From Gaiella sp. (GTDB lineage Bacteria > Actinomycetota > Thermoleophilia > Gaiellales > Gaiellaceae), in contig JAOSJZ010000001.1 in assembly GCA_027493885.1 (NCBI GenBank), positions 1,790,622 through 1,854,621 on the forward strand: a DNA stretch of 64,000 nt, given 5' to 3'. A model generated the notes under the pieces. The model was not told the origin of the DNA. It was given only the letters and a program-made list of their open reading frames with translations, and made no database searches. Position numbers and translations under genes: made by a program. Of the stretch, positions 8,996 through 21,162 are shown piece after piece (positions within the stretch are counted from its first letter, which is position 1; each line of letters opens with the position of its first letter).

Positions 8996-9631
8996 CTAGG
9001 CCACGACGCGGTACACCTGGAACACCTCGGCGTACTCGCGGTTGACGTTCGCCCCGTGGACGCGGGCGAGGTTCCAGATGTACTCCGCGTCGGCGTAGCG
9101 GCGGTGCTGCTGAGACGCGTAGCGCGCGACCGCCGCGACCTTCCGCTCGACGTGGCGGCGCTCGAGCGCGAGGTAGGCGCCGTAGGCGAAGTCGAAGTTG
9201 TTCCAGGGGATCTCGTAGCCGAGGATCGTCGTCCGCTTGAACGCCCGCAGGCCCTCCTGCGCGATCGTCTGGTGGTCCTGGTGGACGTCGTGGTGCGACG
9301 GCTGGAAGACGACGTCGGGGCGCCACTCCTCCCAGAGCGCAACGAGCAGCTCGAGGATGTCCTGGCGCCGCTCGGGGAACGTTCTCACGTCGAAGTCGTG
9401 GACGGTCAGGTGTGACTCGGAGATCCCGAGCTCGGTGGTCGCCTCGCGCACCTCGCGCGCGAGCGTGTCGGGCGGGAAGCCGGGCGGCAGCGAGCGCGTC
9501 GCGATCGAGAAGGCGACGTAGCGCACCTCGCAGCCCGACTCGACGAGACGGGCCATCGTGCCGCCGCAACCGAACTCGCCGTCGTCGGTGTGAGGCGCGA
9601 GGACGAGCGCGCGCTGGAGGCCGTCGAGCAC
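8996..9631 (-). CDS. PIG-L/LmbE-family deacetylase
   Basis: LAPHTDDGEFGCGG and HHDVHQDH motifs. Confidence 0.9.
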   Translation of the reverse strand: MLDGLQRALVLAPHTDDGEFGCGGTMARLVESGCEVRYVAFSIATRSLPPGFPPDTLAREVREATTELGISESHLTVHDFDVRTFPERRQDILELLVALWEEWRPDVVFQPSHHDVHQDHQTIAQEGLRAFKRTTILGYEIPWNNFDFAYGAYLALERRHVERKVAAVARYASQQHRRYADAEYIWNLARVHGANVNREYAEVFQVYRVVA

Positions 9632-9641
9632 GGGGGCGAGT

Positions 9642-11153
9642 CTATGCCGTCGGAGTAGGAGCGGGCTCGGGCACGCGGGGGGCCGGCTCGGCAGGCAGGG
9701 GCGGCACTCCGCCGCCGGGCTTCTTGGGCACGCGCGAGGCGAGCCCGACGAGCCCGAGCAGCGCCCAGGTCATCGGATCCTCGAAGAACGCGGCATAGAA
9801 CACGCTGTGGACCGTGATCGCCACGAGGGCGACCCCGGTTGCCAGCGAGACGCGCGAGGTGAACCCGCGGCCGAGTCCGCGCAGCGTTGCGAGGAAGGCG
9901 CCGGCGAGCAGCCAGCCGAGCAGCCCCAGCCCCACGACGCCGAGCTCGGCCGCCACCGTCACGGGCATCGTGTGCGAGGCGACACGCTTAGGGTCCTTGC
10001 CCGGGATCCCGAGACGGCGCTGGTACTCGCGCGAGAACCCACCCACGCCGACGCCGGCAACGGGGTGGTCGAGCGCGATCCGGGCTCCCTGGCCGACGAG
10101 GTTCGCCCGGCCGGAGGTGATGCGGTTGACGCCCGCGCGCGACTTGCCGACGAGCTCGTCGCGAACCTGCGGGACGGCGACGACGACGGCCGTCGTGACG
10201 AGGCCGAGCGCGATCAGCGCGAGCGTCGCCCGGCGGCCCCAGGCAACCGCGACGGCGACGACGATTCCGGTCGCCAGGGCGACGAAGCTCGACTGCGAGA
10301 ACGAGATCAGCAGGCCGAGCCACGTGGCGACGACGACCGCGTACAGGCCCGCCATCCGCCAGCCACGGACCCCGCCGAGAACGATCCCCGCGAGGGCGGC
10401 GAGGATCGCGACCGTGAGGTAGCGGCCGTAGACGGAAGGGTCCCAGAAGACGGAGTTGACGCGGAAGAACGGCGCGTAGGCGTTGAAGACCTCGACGCTC
10501 GGGTTCCAGAAGACGTCACGCGTGAACCACTGGTACCCGCCGACGGCCGCGTAGGCGAGCGCCGTGCCGGCGAGCCCGACCCAGAGCCACGTCAGCCAGC
10601 GGCCGCGCCAGGGAAGCCGGGCGAACCCGATCGCCAGCAGCCCGAAGGGGAGCAGGAAGGCGCCGAGGAAGATCGCGCCGCGGTGGACGTCGACCGCCCA
10701 CAGCAGCGAGAGGCTGCTCCAGCCGGCGAACGCCGCCGCCGGCCACGCGACCGGCCCGAGCTCGCGGCTGCGCTCGTCGCCTCGCACGAGCGCCCACGCA
10801 AGCGCGAGCGCGAGCCCGCCGACGACGGCGTAGAGCGGCAGCAGGAGATTCACCTTCTCGTCGCCGATGTCGACGGGAAGGCGGAGCGGGATGCACGCGA
10901 GCGTCGCGAACGCGAGGAAGTAGGGCCAGCGCCCGAGGACGAGGGCGACGCCGATCGCGACGACGAGCCCGCCGGCCGCCGCGGCCGCGAGCTTCGCACG
11001 CGAGATGTCGGGGAGGAGGTAGAGGCCGAGGACGGCAAGACCGGAGGCCCACGCGACGAGGCCCGCGAGACGTGCGATCCGGGTCGGCGCCAGGAGCAGC
11101 GCGACGAGGCCCGCCGAGCCCAGCACCGCCGCCGCCTGCGCCGCCGCGCTCAC
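9642..11153 (-). CDS. O-antigen ligase (Wzy_C)-family membrane protein
   Basis: GTG at 11153 in ORF 9642..12242; RVNSVFWDPSVYG, LISFSQSS, HPVAGVGVGGF, SHTMPVTVAAELGVVGL. Confidence 0.85.
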   Translation of the reverse strand: MSAAAQAAAVLGSAGLVALLLAPTRIARLAGLVAWASGLAVLGLYLLPDISRAKLAAAAAGGLVVAIGVALVLGRWPYFLAFATLACIPLRLPVDIGDEKVNLLLPLYAVVGGLALALAWALVRGDERSRELGPVAWPAAAFAGWSSLSLLWAVDVHRGAIFLGAFLLPFGLLAIGFARLPWRGRWLTWLWVGLAGTALAYAAVGGYQWFTRDVFWNPSVEVFNAYAPFFRVNSVFWDPSVYGRYLTVAILAALAGIVLGGVRGWRMAGLYAVVVATWLGLLISFSQSSFVALATGIVVAVAVAWGRRATLALIALGLVTTAVVVAVPQVRDELVGKSRAGVNRITSGRANLVGQGARIALDHPVAGVGVGGFSREYQRRLGIPGKDPKRVASHTMPVTVAAELGVVGLGLLGWLLAGAFLATLRGLGRGFTSRVSLATGVALVAITVHSVFYAAFFEDPMTWALLGLVGLASRVPKKPGGGVPPLPAEPAPRVPEPAPTPTA

Positions 11154-12088
11154 GGCGCCTCCGGCCGCACGACGACGAGCGCACGCTTCACGTGCCCGTT
11201 GGCCTCGACCCGGAGGACGTGGCGTCCGGGGGCGTCGGGAGCGCGGAACCGCAGCGTGCCGGGACGCGCGACGCCCGAGCGGCCCCCGAGCTTCCAGCGA
11301 AGCGTTCGCGCGTGGGAGATCGCAAGGATCGCGAACCGCTCGCCGGGCTTCGTCACGACCCGTTCCCGTCCGAGGGAGAGGAAGTGGATGCGGACGGTGC
11401 GCGAGCCGGAACGCGGCCCGAGGTTCCCGGCGAGGTCGCGCGCGACGAGCCGCAGCGTGTGGGCGCCCTGTGGCAGCGGTTCCCCGCCGGCCGTGCCGAA
11501 CCAGTCCATCGTCCCGGACGTCCGCGTCCCGAGGCGGCGCAGCGCCCGCACGCCGTCGACGTAGAGCTCGACCACGGCCTTCTCGTCGACGCGGTAGCGG
11601 ATCTTCGCGCGGTCGAAGCGGCCGTCGCCGTCGGGCGAGATGACGAGCGGCCGGGCGGTGAAGGTCGTGACATGGGGCGGGGTGGTGTCGACGCGAATGC
11701 GGTTCGGCATCACTATCGTCCGGCGCTGCCGGGCGAGGTGGACCCGTGGCTTGTACGTGCCCTCGGCGACCACGCGGCCGGCGTCGTCGCGGCCGTCCCA
11801 GACGTACGCCACGAAGCGGCGCCCCTGCGGCTGGTCGCGCGCGAGCTCCCGGACGATGTCGCCGCCGGAGTCGACGATCGCGACGCTGACGCGATCGGGC
11901 TGGCGCAGCCGAAAGCGGATCTCCGCCGACGCCGTCCCGCAGTCGCAGGTCGGCGAGAAGACCTTCGCGACGGTCGGTCCGACGATCGGGCTCCGCGTGA
12001 GCTTGAGCTTCTCCGTGACCACGAACGCCGCGGAGGTCGCGACGAGCAGCGCCGCGACCAGCGCCGCCGGTGCGAGCCGCGCCCTCAC
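11150..12088 (-). CDS. Secreted FlgD Ig-like domain protein
   Basis: Signal/TM start, VFSPTCDC, IRFRL..VSVAIVDSGGDIVREL, WDGRDDAGRVVAEGTY, ISPDGDGRFD. Confidence 0.7.
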   Translation of the reverse strand: MRARLAPAALVAALLVATSAAFVVTEKLKLTRSPIVGPTVAKVFSPTCDCGTASAEIRFRLRQPDRVSVAIVDSGGDIVRELARDQPQGRRFVAYVWDGRDDAGRVVAEGTYKPRVHLARQRRTIVMPNRIRVDTTPPHVTTFTARPLVISPDGDGRFDRAKIRYRVDEKAVVELYVDGVRALRRLGTRTSGTMDWFGTAGGEPLPQGAHTLRLVARDLAGNLGPRSGSRTVRIHFLSLGRERVVTKPGERFAILAISHARTLRWKLGGRSGVARPGTLRFRAPDAPGRHVLRVEANGHVKRALVVVRPEAP

Positions 12089-12262
12089 GGCTGCGGCGAA
12101 GCGGGAGCGGGACGCAGCCGGACGCGCCCGGGTCGGCGCGCAGCCGCCTCGTCGTGCGGAGAGCTCCCGGCCACCTGAACGGCGATTGTAAGGACGACCG
12201 GGCGGCGCCCGGCGGCACAGGCACACTGGGTGCCGGCGGCACCCGCCGCTGACGACGTCTCC

Positions 12263-13519
12263 ATGCGCCGCCGCCTCATCCTCGCCCTCACCGCCGTCGT
12301 CGCGCTCTCCGCGGGGGCGCTGATCGCATTCCTCGCGACGCGTCAGCCCCCTGCGGGGACGCTCGAGACGGCGGTCACCGACGTGACCGTCGTCGCGCCG
12401 ACCGTCCCGGAGCCGCCCCCTCGACCGGCGCCGCCGACCGCGCCGGCGGCGCCGGAGGTCGACAGGCGCTGCTGGCCGATGTTCGGCGGCGGGCCGTCGC
12501 GCGACCTCGCCCGGCTCGGCATCGACCTCGGCGTGCCCGGGGAGAAGCTCTGGGCGCGCGGGCTCAAGTCGTACGTCGAGTACCCGCCGAGCTACTGCGA
12601 CGGGATGCTCTACGTCAACACCGTCAAGGGCGACACCTGGGCGATCGAGGCCGCGACCGGGAAGGTGCTCTGGCGGCGGGTCAGCGACGCGCACAAGCCG
12701 TCGACACCCGCAATCTCGGGCGACAACCTCATCGTCAGCGCGAAGGACGGCACGGTGACCGCGCTGACGCGACGGAGCGGGAGGGTCGTCTGGCAGCTCC
12801 GCACGCACGCGATCGTCGAGTCGTCGCCGGCCGTCGTCGACGGCATTGCCTACTTCGGCGCCACGGACGGCCGTCTCTTCGCCGTCGACGCCGACACCGG
12901 GCGCGTGCGCTGGGCCTACGACACGGGCGGCCGCATCAACTCGAGCCCCTCGCTCGCACGCGGCCGGGTCTGCATCACGACCTACGCGGGCTCGATCTTC
13001 TGCCTGCGGCAATCGGACGGGACGAAGCTCTGGAGCACGTACGTGAAGCGCGACGCGTTCCGCTACGAGAGCTTCTACGCGAGCGCCTCCACGGACGGCG
13101 AGCGGCTCTACACCGTCGCCCGCTCCGGGAAGATCGTCGCGCTCGACGCCGCCACCGGGCGCGTGCTCTGGACGGACGGCGTCGACTCCCTCGGCTACTC
13201 GACGCCCGCGATCGGGCGCGACCGGATCTTCGTCGGCGACTTCAACGGCGGCCTGCGCGCCTACCGCAAGACCGACGGCAGGCTGCTCTGGCGCACGGTC
13301 GTCGGCGGGCGCGTCCTCGGCGGCGCCGTCGTCGTGGGCGACCTCGTCTTCTTCTCGACCCTCGAGACGGAGACGTACGCGGCCCGCGTCTCCGACGGCA
13401 AGGTCGTGTGGCACTTCCCGATCGGCAAGTACTCGCCGGGAATCGCGACCGAGCGGGCGTACTACTTCACCCTGAACGGCATCCTCGTCGCGTTCCGCGG
13501 CAAGGACGGCCCGGCGTAG
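12263..13519 (+). CDS. PQQ-like beta-propeller (BamB-like) secreted protein
   Basis: N-terminal TM, Pro-rich linker, repeated A.DA.TG..LW blades and SSPAV motifs. Confidence 0.85.
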   Translation: MRRRLILALTAVVALSAGALIAFLATRQPPAGTLETAVTDVTVVAPTVPEPPPRPAPPTAPAAPEVDRRCWPMFGGGPSRDLARLGIDLGVPGEKLWARGLKSYVEYPPSYCDGMLYVNTVKGDTWAIEAATGKVLWRRVSDAHKPSTPAISGDNLIVSAKDGTVTALTRRSGRVVWQLRTHAIVESSPAVVDGIAYFGATDGRLFAVDADTGRVRWAYDTGGRINSSPSLARGRVCITTYAGSIFCLRQSDGTKLWSTYVKRDAFRYESFYASASTDGERLYTVARSGKIVALDAATGRVLWTDGVDSLGYSTPAIGRDRIFVGDFNGGLRAYRKTDGRLLWRTVVGGRVLGGAVVVGDLVFFSTLETETYAARVSDGKVVWHFPIGKYSPGIATERAYYFTLNGILVAFRGKDGPA

Positions 13520-13657
13520 CGGCACGCTCCGCCTCCCGTCCGCGATCATCGCATCGCCGGTGGCGCTCCCGCCGAGGTCGTTTCTCCTCTCGGTCCCCGA
13601 GCCTCACGGAGCGCGGGCTCGACCGGCTGCGCCGCGAAATGATGTATACTGCGGTGT

Positions 13658-13906
13658 ATGCGTCGGAAACAGATCTACCTCGACGATGCGAGCGAGCGGG
13701 CGCTCAAGCGGCTGGCCGCGCGCACGGGCCGCTCGGAGGCGTTCCACATCCGCGAGGCCCTGCAGCGGTACCTCGCGACCGGCGGCGAGGGCGCCGACGA
13801 CCCGCTCGAGCGGCTGATCGGGCTCGTCGCCGACGAAGCCGGCCCCGACGACGTCGCCGAGGAGCACGACCACTATCTCTACGGTGTCCCGAAGGAGCGG
13901 GCCTGA
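13658..13906 (+). CDS. vapB: CopG/ribbon-helix-helix antitoxin (VapB-like)
   Basis: [39 protein letters not shown]; TATACT -10 7 nt upstream. Confidence 0.85.
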   Translation: MRRKQIYLDDASERALKRLAARTGRSEAFHIREALQRYLATGGEGADDPLERLIGLVADEAGPDDVAEEHDHYLYGVPKERA

Positions 13907-14355
13907 GGGTCGTCTACGCGGACTCCGGCGCGTTCATCGCGCTCCTCTGGCGGCGGGACCGCGCTCATCAGCGCGTCCGCGACCACTACACGATGCTGCG
14001 CGACGCGGGCGACGTGCTCCTCACCTCCGACCTCGTCGTCTCGGAGACCGCGACGCGGCTGCGCTTCGACGCGGGCCTCGACGCCGCGCTCGCGTTCCGC
14101 AATCTGCTCGAGGAGGCCGTCGAGACAGGTCGCCTGATCGTCCGCCATGCCGACGCCGCGCTCGACGCACGGGCGTGGGACGTGATGGAGCGGCACCCTG
14201 GTCTCACGCTCTCGTTCACCGACTGCGTCGGCGCGGTCACGGCGACCGAGGGCCGCGCCGCCGCCGTCTTCGGTCTCGACAACGACTTCCGTGCCCTCGG
14301 CTTCCCTCTCGAGCCGGGCGCGCCACCCACCCCGAACCGACAGGAGGAGCAATGA
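13903..14355 (+). CDS. vapC: PIN-domain toxin (VapC-like); start uncertain (CTG overlap)
   Basis: [42 protein letters not shown] acidic PIN residues. Confidence 0.85.
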   Translation: MRVVYADSGAFIALLWRRDRAHQRVRDHYTMLRDAGDVLLTSDLVVSETATRLRFDAGLDAALAFRNLLEEAVETGRLIVRHADAALDARAWDVMERHPGLTLSFTDCVGAVTATEGRAAAVFGLDNDFRALGFPLEPGAPPTPNRQEEQ

Positions 14356-17126
14356 CCCGTCCCGACACCTTCGGAGCCCGCTCCACCCTGGCGATCGGAG
14401 GCGCGAGCCACGAGATCTACCGGCTCGACGCCCTGCAGAGCCGCTTCGACGTCGCGCGTCTTCCCTACACGCTGCGGATCCTGCTCGAGAACCTCCTGCG
14501 ACGCGAGGACGGCGAGACCGTCACCGCCGGGGACGTGGAGGCGGTCGCCGCCTGGAACGCGAGCGCCGAGCCGTCGCGCGAGATCACGTTCGCGCCGGCG
14601 CGCGTCCTCCTGCAGGACTTCACGGGCGTCCCCGCGGTCGTCGACCTCGCGGCGATGCGCGATGCGATGAACGCCCTCGGCGGCGACCCGAGTCGAATCG
14701 ACCCCTTGATCCCCGCCGAGCTCGTGATCGACCACTCGGTCCAGGTCGACGACTTTGCGAGCAGGCTCGCGATCCGCCGCAACGCCGAGCTCGAGTTCGA
14801 GCGAAACCGCGAGCGCTACGCCTTCCTGCGCTGGGGTCAGAGCGCCTTCGACGCGCTCGAGGTCGTGCCGCCCAACACCGGCATCTGCCACCAGGTGAAC
14901 CTCGAGTTCCTCGCGCGCGTCGTCGAGGAGCGCGGCGGACAGGCCTTCCCCGACACGCTCGTCGGCACCGACTCCCACACGACCATGGTCAACGGCCTCG
15001 GCGTGCTCGGCTGGGGTGTCGGGGGGATCGAGGCCGAGGCGGCGATGCTGGGCGAATCGATCTCGATGCTCGTCCCGCAGGTTGTGGGGTTCCGGCTCCA
15101 CGGCCGGCTTCCGGACGGCGCGACCGCGACCGACCTCGTGCTGACGGTGACGGAGATCCTGCGAGCGACCGGCGTCGTCGGGAAGTTCGTCGAGTACTTC
15201 GGCGAGGGCCTCGCGAGCCTGCCGCTCGCCGACCGCGCGACGATCGGGAACATGTCGCCCGAGTACGGCGCCACGTGCGGCTTCTTCCCGGTCGACGACG
15301 AGACCCTGCGCTACCTGCGCCTGACGGGGCGCAGCGAGGAGCGGGTGGCGCTCGTCGAGGCGTACTGCAAGGAGAACATGCTCTGGCACGAGCCGTCGGA
15401 GCCCGCCACGTACTCCGAGGTCGTCGAGCTCGACCTCTCCACCGTCGAGCCGTCGCTCGCCGGCCCGCGACGCCCGCAGGACAGGATCCCGCTAAAGCAG
15501 GCGAAGGAGTCGTTCCTCGGAGCGCTGGCGACCTTCGGCGTCGCCTACGGCGACGGCGTGGACGAGGCCGTGGTGGAGTCGTTCCCCGCGAGCGACTCCC
15601 CCGCTCACGCCGATCCTGGCGCCGCCGAGCCGTCGACCGGTCAGGGGGTGTCGCCCGCTCCGGTCGCCCTCGCCCCGACGTGGACCGCGGGTGTCCCCTG
15701 CGAGCTCGACGGCGAGGTCGTCCACCTCTCGCACGGCGCCGTCGTGATCGCCGCGATCACGTCCTGCACGAACACCTCGAACCCCTCGGTGATGGTGGCG
15801 GCGGGGCTCCTCGCGAAGAAGGCGGTCGAGCGCGGCCTCGACCGGAAGCCGTGGGTGAAGTCGAGCCTCGCCCCCGGGTCGAAGGTCGTGACCGAGTACT
15901 TCGAGCGCGCCGGCCTGACGCCCTACCTCGAGGCGCTCGGCTTCCACACGGTCGGCTACGGCTGCACGACCTGCATCGGGAACTCGGGGCCGCTCCCCGA
16001 GCCCGTCTCGCAGGCGATCGCCGAGGGAGACCTCGTCGCCTGCGCCGTGCTCTCCGGCAACCGCAACTTCGAGGCGCGGATCCACCCGGAGGTGAAGGCG
16101 AACTACCTCGCGAGCCCCCCGCTCGTGGTCGCGTACGCCCTCGCGGGACGGATGGACGTCGACCTCGCGACCGAGCCGCTCGGTCACGACGCGAGCGGAG
16201 AGCCGGTCTACCTGGCCGACGTGTGGCCCTCCCCGGAGGAGGTCCGCGAGACGGTCGAGGGCGCGATCGGGCGCGAGATGTTCGAGCGCACCTACGCGGA
16301 CGTCTACACCGGTGACCCCGACTGGCGCGAGCTCGAGATCCCCTCCGGGGATCTCTACGCCTGGAGCGACGACTCCACCTACGTCCGGCGTCCTCCGTAC
16401 TTCGAGGGGATGTCGATCGAGGTGGGCTCCGTGGGCGACGTTCACGGAGCGCGCTGCCTCGTCTCGCTCGGCGACTCGGTCACGACCGACCACATCTCGC
16501 CCGCCGGGTCGGTCAAGCCGGATGCACCGGCGGGCCGCTACCTCGTCGAGCACGGTGTCGAGCGCAAGGCGTTCAACTCGTACGGCTCCCGGCGCGGCAA
16601 CCACGAGGTGATGGTGCGCGGCACCTTCGCCAACGTGCGGCTCCGCAACCTGCTCGTTCCGGGCTCGGAGGGCACCTGGACCGTGCATCTGCCCTCGGGC
16701 GAGGAGACGACGATCTTCGAGGCCGCGGAGCGCTACCTCGCCGAAGGCGTGCCGACGATCGTCCTTGCAGGGAAGGAGTACGGCTCGGGCTCGTCACGCG
16801 ACTGGGCGGCGAAGGGGCCGAACCTGCTCGGCGTGAAGGCCGTGATTGCCGAGAGCTACGAGCGGATCCACCGCTCGAACCTGCTGATGATGGGCGTTCT
16901 CCCGCTCCAGTACCTCCCCGGCGAGAGCCGCGAGTCGCTCGGCCTCACCGGGCGCGAGGAGTTCTCCGTCACCGGCGTCGAGAACGGCGAGGCGCGCGAG
17001 GTGACGGTGCACGCGGGCGGGAAGGAGTTCCGCACGATCCTGCGGCTCGACACGCCGCGCGAGCGCGAGTACGTGCGCCACGGCGGGATCCTCCCCTACG
17101 TGCTGCGGAAGCTGGCCGCGAGCTGA
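14352..17126 (+). CDS. acnA: Aconitate hydratase A
   Basis: [73 protein letters not shown]; GGAGG RBS. Confidence 0.97.
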   Translation: MTRPDTFGARSTLAIGGASHEIYRLDALQSRFDVARLPYTLRILLENLLRREDGETVTAGDVEAVAAWNASAEPSREITFAPARVLLQDFTGVPAVVDLAAMRDAMNALGGDPSRIDPLIPAELVIDHSVQVDDFASRLAIRRNAELEFERNRERYAFLRWGQSAFDALEVVPPNTGICHQVNLEFLARVVEERGGQAFPDTLVGTDSHTTMVNGLGVLGWGVGGIEAEAAMLGESISMLVPQVVGFRLHGRLPDGATATDLVLTVTEILRATGVVGKFVEYFGEGLASLPLADRATIGNMSPEYGATCGFFPVDDETLRYLRLTGRSEERVALVEAYCKENMLWHEPSEPATYSEVVELDLSTVEPSLAGPRRPQDRIPLKQAKESFLGALATFGVAYGDGVDEAVVESFPASDSPAHADPGAAEPSTGQGVSPAPVALAPTWTAGVPCELDGEVVHLSHGAVVIAAITSCTNTSNPSVMVAAGLLAKKAVERGLDRKPWVKSSLAPGSKVVTEYFERAGLTPYLEALGFHTVGYGCTTCIGNSGPLPEPVSQAIAEGDLVACAVLSGNRNFEARIHPEVKANYLASPPLVVAYALAGRMDVDLATEPLGHDASGEPVYLADVWPSPEEVRETVEGAIGREMFERTYADVYTGDPDWRELEIPSGDLYAWSDDSTYVRRPPYFEGMSIEVGSVGDVHGARCLVSLGDSVTTDHISPAGSVKPDAPAGRYLVEHGVERKAFNSYGSRRGNHEVMVRGTFANVRLRNLLVPGSEGTWTVHLPSGEETTIFEAAERYLAEGVPTIVLAGKEYGSGSSRDWAAKGPNLLGVKAVIAESYERIHRSNLLMMGVLPLQYLPGESRESLGLTGREEFSVTGVENGEAREVTVHAGGKEFRTILRLDTPREREYVRHGGILPYVLRKLAAS

Positions 17127-17136
17127 GTCCCCCAAG

Positions 17137-17210
17137 GTGTCCGACTGAAGTCGGACACACACGGCCAGCGCCAACGCCACACGGGAGGTGTCCGACTTCA
17201 GTCGGACACC
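17137..17210. repeat. BIME-like pair of oppositely oriented REP-like hairpins
   Basis: GTGTCCGACT-GA-AGTCGGACAC (17137-17158) and GGTGTCCGACT-TC-AGTCGGACACC (17187-17210) between convergent acnA and sigma genes. Confidence 0.85.
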
Positions 17211-17246
17211 CACGTCGAACACCACGTCGGACAGCTGGCCCGTAGG

Positions 17247-18323
17247 CTACGCGGCGAGCGACGCGAGCTCGCGCAGCGCGGCGAGCCGGCTCAGGGCCTG
17301 GCCCTCGAGCTGGCGCACGCGCTCGCGCGTCAGGTCGAGCTCGTGGCCGATCGCCTCGAGCGTCCACGGCTCGCCCTCGAACCCGAAGCGCAGCTCGAGG
17401 ATCCGCCGCTCCCGCTCGGGGAGCGCGTCGAGCGCGCGCCGGACGCCCTGCCGGCGAAGCGACTCCTCCGCCTCGTCGAACGGGTCGACCGCCTCGCGGT
17501 CCGCGAACAGGTCGCCGAGCTCGCCCTCGTCGTCCGCACCGACCGACTGGTTGAGCGAGACCGACGCGTGGGCGGCGCTCATCGCCTCCTCGACGTGCTG
17601 GATCGGCAGGCCCGTGGCCTCCGCGAGCTCCTCCTTCGTCGCCTCTCGGCCGAGCTCGACCTCGAGCCGGCGGGCGGCGCGAGAGAGCTTCTGCTGCCGC
17701 TCGACGACGTGGACGGGCACGCGGATCGTGCGCGCGTGATTCGCGACGGCACGCTGCACCGACTGGCGGATCCACCACGTCGCGTACGTCGAGAACTTGA
17801 AGCCGCGGCGCCAGTCGAACTTCTCGACTGCCCGGTTGAGCCCGAGCGTGCCCTCCTGGATCAGGTCGAGGAACGGGACGCCGAGCCCGCGGTAGCCCTT
17901 CGCGATCGAGACGACGAGCCGCAGGTTCGACTCGATCATGTGGCGCTTCGCGACCGGGTCGCCGCGCTCGATCCGCTTCGCCAGCTGTACCTCCTGGGCG
18001 GCGTTCAACAGCTTGTGACGGCCGACGTCCGCGAGGAAGAGCTGCAGCGAGTCGGCGGCGCCGGAGAGGGACTCGCTCGCCCACACGGCCGCCTCGGCTG
18101 CCTCCTTCGCCTTCTCCTGCTCGGTGTCGATCGGCGCGCCGATCTCGAGGCCCATCGCCTCGAGCTCGCGCGTGACCTGCTCGACCTCCTCCGCGGCAAG
18201 CTCCTGCTCGGTGACGAATCCTTCGAGCTCGACCGGGTCCACCCAGCCGCGCTCCTCCGAGCGTTCCACGATCGACTTCAGCTGCTCGGTCTCGAACAGT
18301 TCGATGAGCTGGTTCTGCGTCAA
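17247..18323 (-). CDS. Sigma-70 factor, group 1/2 (RpoD/SigB-like)
   Basis: [63 protein letters not shown]. Confidence 0.93.
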   Translation of the reverse strand: MTQNQLIELFETEQLKSIVERSEERGWVDPVELEGFVTEQELAAEEVEQVTRELEAMGLEIGAPIDTEQEKAKEAAEAAVWASESLSGAADSLQLFLADVGRHKLLNAAQEVQLAKRIERGDPVAKRHMIESNLRLVVSIAKGYRGLGVPFLDLIQEGTLGLNRAVEKFDWRRGFKFSTYATWWIRQSVQRAVANHARTIRVPVHVVERQQKLSRAARRLEVELGREATKEELAEATGLPIQHVEEAMSAAHASVSLNQSVGADDEGELGDLFADREAVDPFDEAEESLRRQGVRRALDALPERERRILELRFGFEGEPWTLEAIGHELDLTRERVRQLEGQALSRLAALRELASLAA

Positions 18324-18540
18324 GCCGGTGTGTCGTCCTTTCGACCTCGGCGGAGCACAATCTCCCTGACTCTATGCACCTGCTGCCGTTCTTTCCACGG
18401 GATCGGGACGGCAAACCGTGTCACAAACCGGCAACGCGTGCGTCAGCACTCGTATTCCGACCCGTGACGCCCTGCACCGCCCGGCCCGTCTGCGGCTCTA
18501 CCCGACTCTGACATGATAGGACGGTTGCGGGACGCGCGTG

Positions 18541-21095
18541 TTAGCGACGCGCTCCGCCGCGCCGACGCCGCTCCACGGGGCCCTTCGCTCGGCGCTCGGC
18601 AAGGAGCTCGAGCGCACGCTCCAGCGTCAGCCCGTCCACGTCGTCCCCCGGCGGAGGCTGGCGTTCGTCACGCCGTCGGTGACGTACGGCCCGAAGCGGC
18701 CGTCCTTGAGGACGAGCGGCTTGCCGCTTCCGGGATCGACGCCGAGCTCCCTGAGCGGAGGCTTCGGCGCTCCCCGGCCCCGGCGCTGCTTCGGCTGGGC
18801 GAGGATCGCCTCGGCGTCTTCCGGCGTAAGCTCGAGGAGCTGCTCCTCGGACTCCAGCGAGCGGGTCTCCGAGCCACGCTTCACGTAGGGGCCGTAGCGG
18901 CCGTTCGCGACGACGATCTCCTGGCCGTCCGAGCCCGCGAGCGTGCGCGGAAGCGTGAGCACGCGCTGCGCCTCGGCGAGCGTGACCGTCTCTGGGCTCA
19001 TCGAGGCGAACAGGGAGGCGGTGCGGGGCTTGCCCTCGGCGCCTTCGGGGAGCACCTCGGTCACGTAGGGGCCGTAGCGACCGACGCGGACGACGATCTC
19101 GCGGCCGGTCTCCGAATGCCGCCCGAGCGAGCGCTCGGCGCCGGCCGGCGTAGCGAGAAGCTCTTCGGCACGCTCGGCGGTGAGCTCGTCCGGCGCCAGG
19201 TCGTCGGGGATGCTCGCGCGTTCCTCGCCGCGCTCGAGATACGGGCCGTAGCGGCCGACGCGGGCGACGACGTCCGAACGGGGGATCGCGATCGAGTTCA
19301 CCTCGCGCGCGTCGATGCCCTCGAGGTGGTCGGTGACGAGCGCGTGGAGCCCCGGATCGCCGTCGCCGAAGTAGAACCGGCGGAGCCACGCGACCCGGTC
19401 CTCGTTCCCGCTCGCGATCCGGTCGAGGTCGTCCTCGAGCCGCGCCGTGAAGTCGTAGTCCACGAGCTGGTCGAAATGCCGCTCGAGGAGCTGCGTCACC
19501 GCAAAGGCCAGGAAGGTCGGCACGAGCGCCGTGCCCTTCTTGTAGACGTAGCCGCGATCGAGGATCGTCCCCATGATCGACGCGTAGGTCGACGGTCGCC
19601 CGATCCCGCGCTCCTCGAGCGCCTTCACGAGGCTCGCCTCGGTGTAGCGCGCCGGCGGGCTCGTCTCGTGGCCCTGCGGCTCGAGCGCGGAGGCCGTGAG
19701 CTCCTGGCCGGCCGCTACGGGCGGCAGCCGCCGCTCCTCGTCCTCGTCCGCCGGCTCGTCCCGGCCGGCCGAGTATGCGAGCATGAAGCCCGGGAAGGTG
19801 ATCACCGTTCCGCTCGCGCGGAAGGTCGCCTCGGTGCCGTCAGCCGTCGTCGCGCCGAGCTCGATCGAGACGGTCTGCCCGACCGCATCCTTCATCTGGG
19901 ACGCGATCGTGCGCTTGAAGATCAGGTCGTACAGCGCCAGCTCGTCGCGGCTGAGCTCCCGCGCCAGCTGCGCAGGCGTGCGGAAGACGTCGCCCGCCGG
20001 GCGGATCGCCTCGTGTGCTTCCTGCGCGTTCGCGACGGCGCGCTCGTAGCGCCGCGGCTCGGCCGGCACGGTCTCCGGGCCGTGCTCGCGGGCGGCATGG
20101 GCGCGCGCCGCCTGCGAGGCCGCGTCGGAGAGCGTCACCGAGTCCGTGCGCATGTACGTGATGTGCCCGTTCTCGTACAGCCGCTGCGCCAGGCTCATGG
20201 TCGTCTGCGACGAGAAGCGGAGCTTGCGGCTCGCCTCCTGCTGGAGCGTCGAGGTTCGGAAGGGCGCGGCCGGCCGCCGGGTGTAGGGCTTCTCGTCGAC
20301 CTTCGAGACGGTGAAGGTGCGATGCTCGAGGGCGGCCGCGACCTCGCGCGCCCGCTGCTCGTCGAGCACGAGGACCCCCGTGCCCGGGATGCCCGCCTCG
20401 CCGAAGTCGCGGCCCTGGGCGAGCCTCGTGCCTCCGAGCGCGACGAGGCGCGCCTCGAACGGGCCCGGCTCGAACGTCCCCAGCACGTCCCAGTAGCCGG
20501 CCGCGACGAACCGCATCCGCTCGCGCTCGCGCTCGACCACGAGACGGGTCGCGACCGACTGCACGCGCCCCGCGGAGAGGCGCGGCATCACCTTCTTCCA
20601 GAGCACGGGCGAGACCTCGAACCCGTAGAGCCGATCGAGGATGCGGCGCGTCTCTTGCGCGTCGACGAGCCGCTCGTCGATGTCACGCGTCTGGCCGAGC
20701 GCACGCTCGATCGCGTCCCGCGTGATCTCGTGGAAGACCATGCGCCGCACGGGGACCTTCGGCTTCAACACCTCGCGCAGGTGCCAGGCGATCGCCTCGC
20801 CCTCGCGGTCCTCGTCGGTGGCGAGCAGGAGCTCGTCGGCGTCGCGCAGCTTCTTCTTCAGGTCGGAGACGACGCGCTTCTTGTCGGCGTCGACGACGTA
20901 CATCGGCTCGAACTCGTCCTCGACGGCGACGCCGAGCTGGCCGAACCGCTCTCGCTGCTCCTTCGGGATCTCGGAGGCACGGTTGGGCAGGTCGCGGATG
21001 TGGCCGATGCTCGACTCCACGACGAAGTCCTTGCCGAGATAGCCGGCGATCGTCCGCGCCTTGGCGGGGGACTCGACGATTACGAGACTGGTCAT
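18541..21095 (-). CDS. topA: DNA topoisomerase I (type IA, actinobacterial C-terminal repeats), apparent -1 frameshift at C5 run 18645-18649
   Basis: LVIVESPAKA, ATDEDREGE, SAGRVQS, ITYMRTDS, QEAHEAIRP, GIGRPSTYA; repaired C-terminus SLRRGDDVDGLTLERALELLAERRAKG. Confidence 0.96.
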
Positions 21096-21162
21096 GGATC
21101 GGTCAGAGTAACGACGGTGTCGCGCGCCGCTTCGCCTGCGGGCGAGCGTATCCTGCGCGCGA

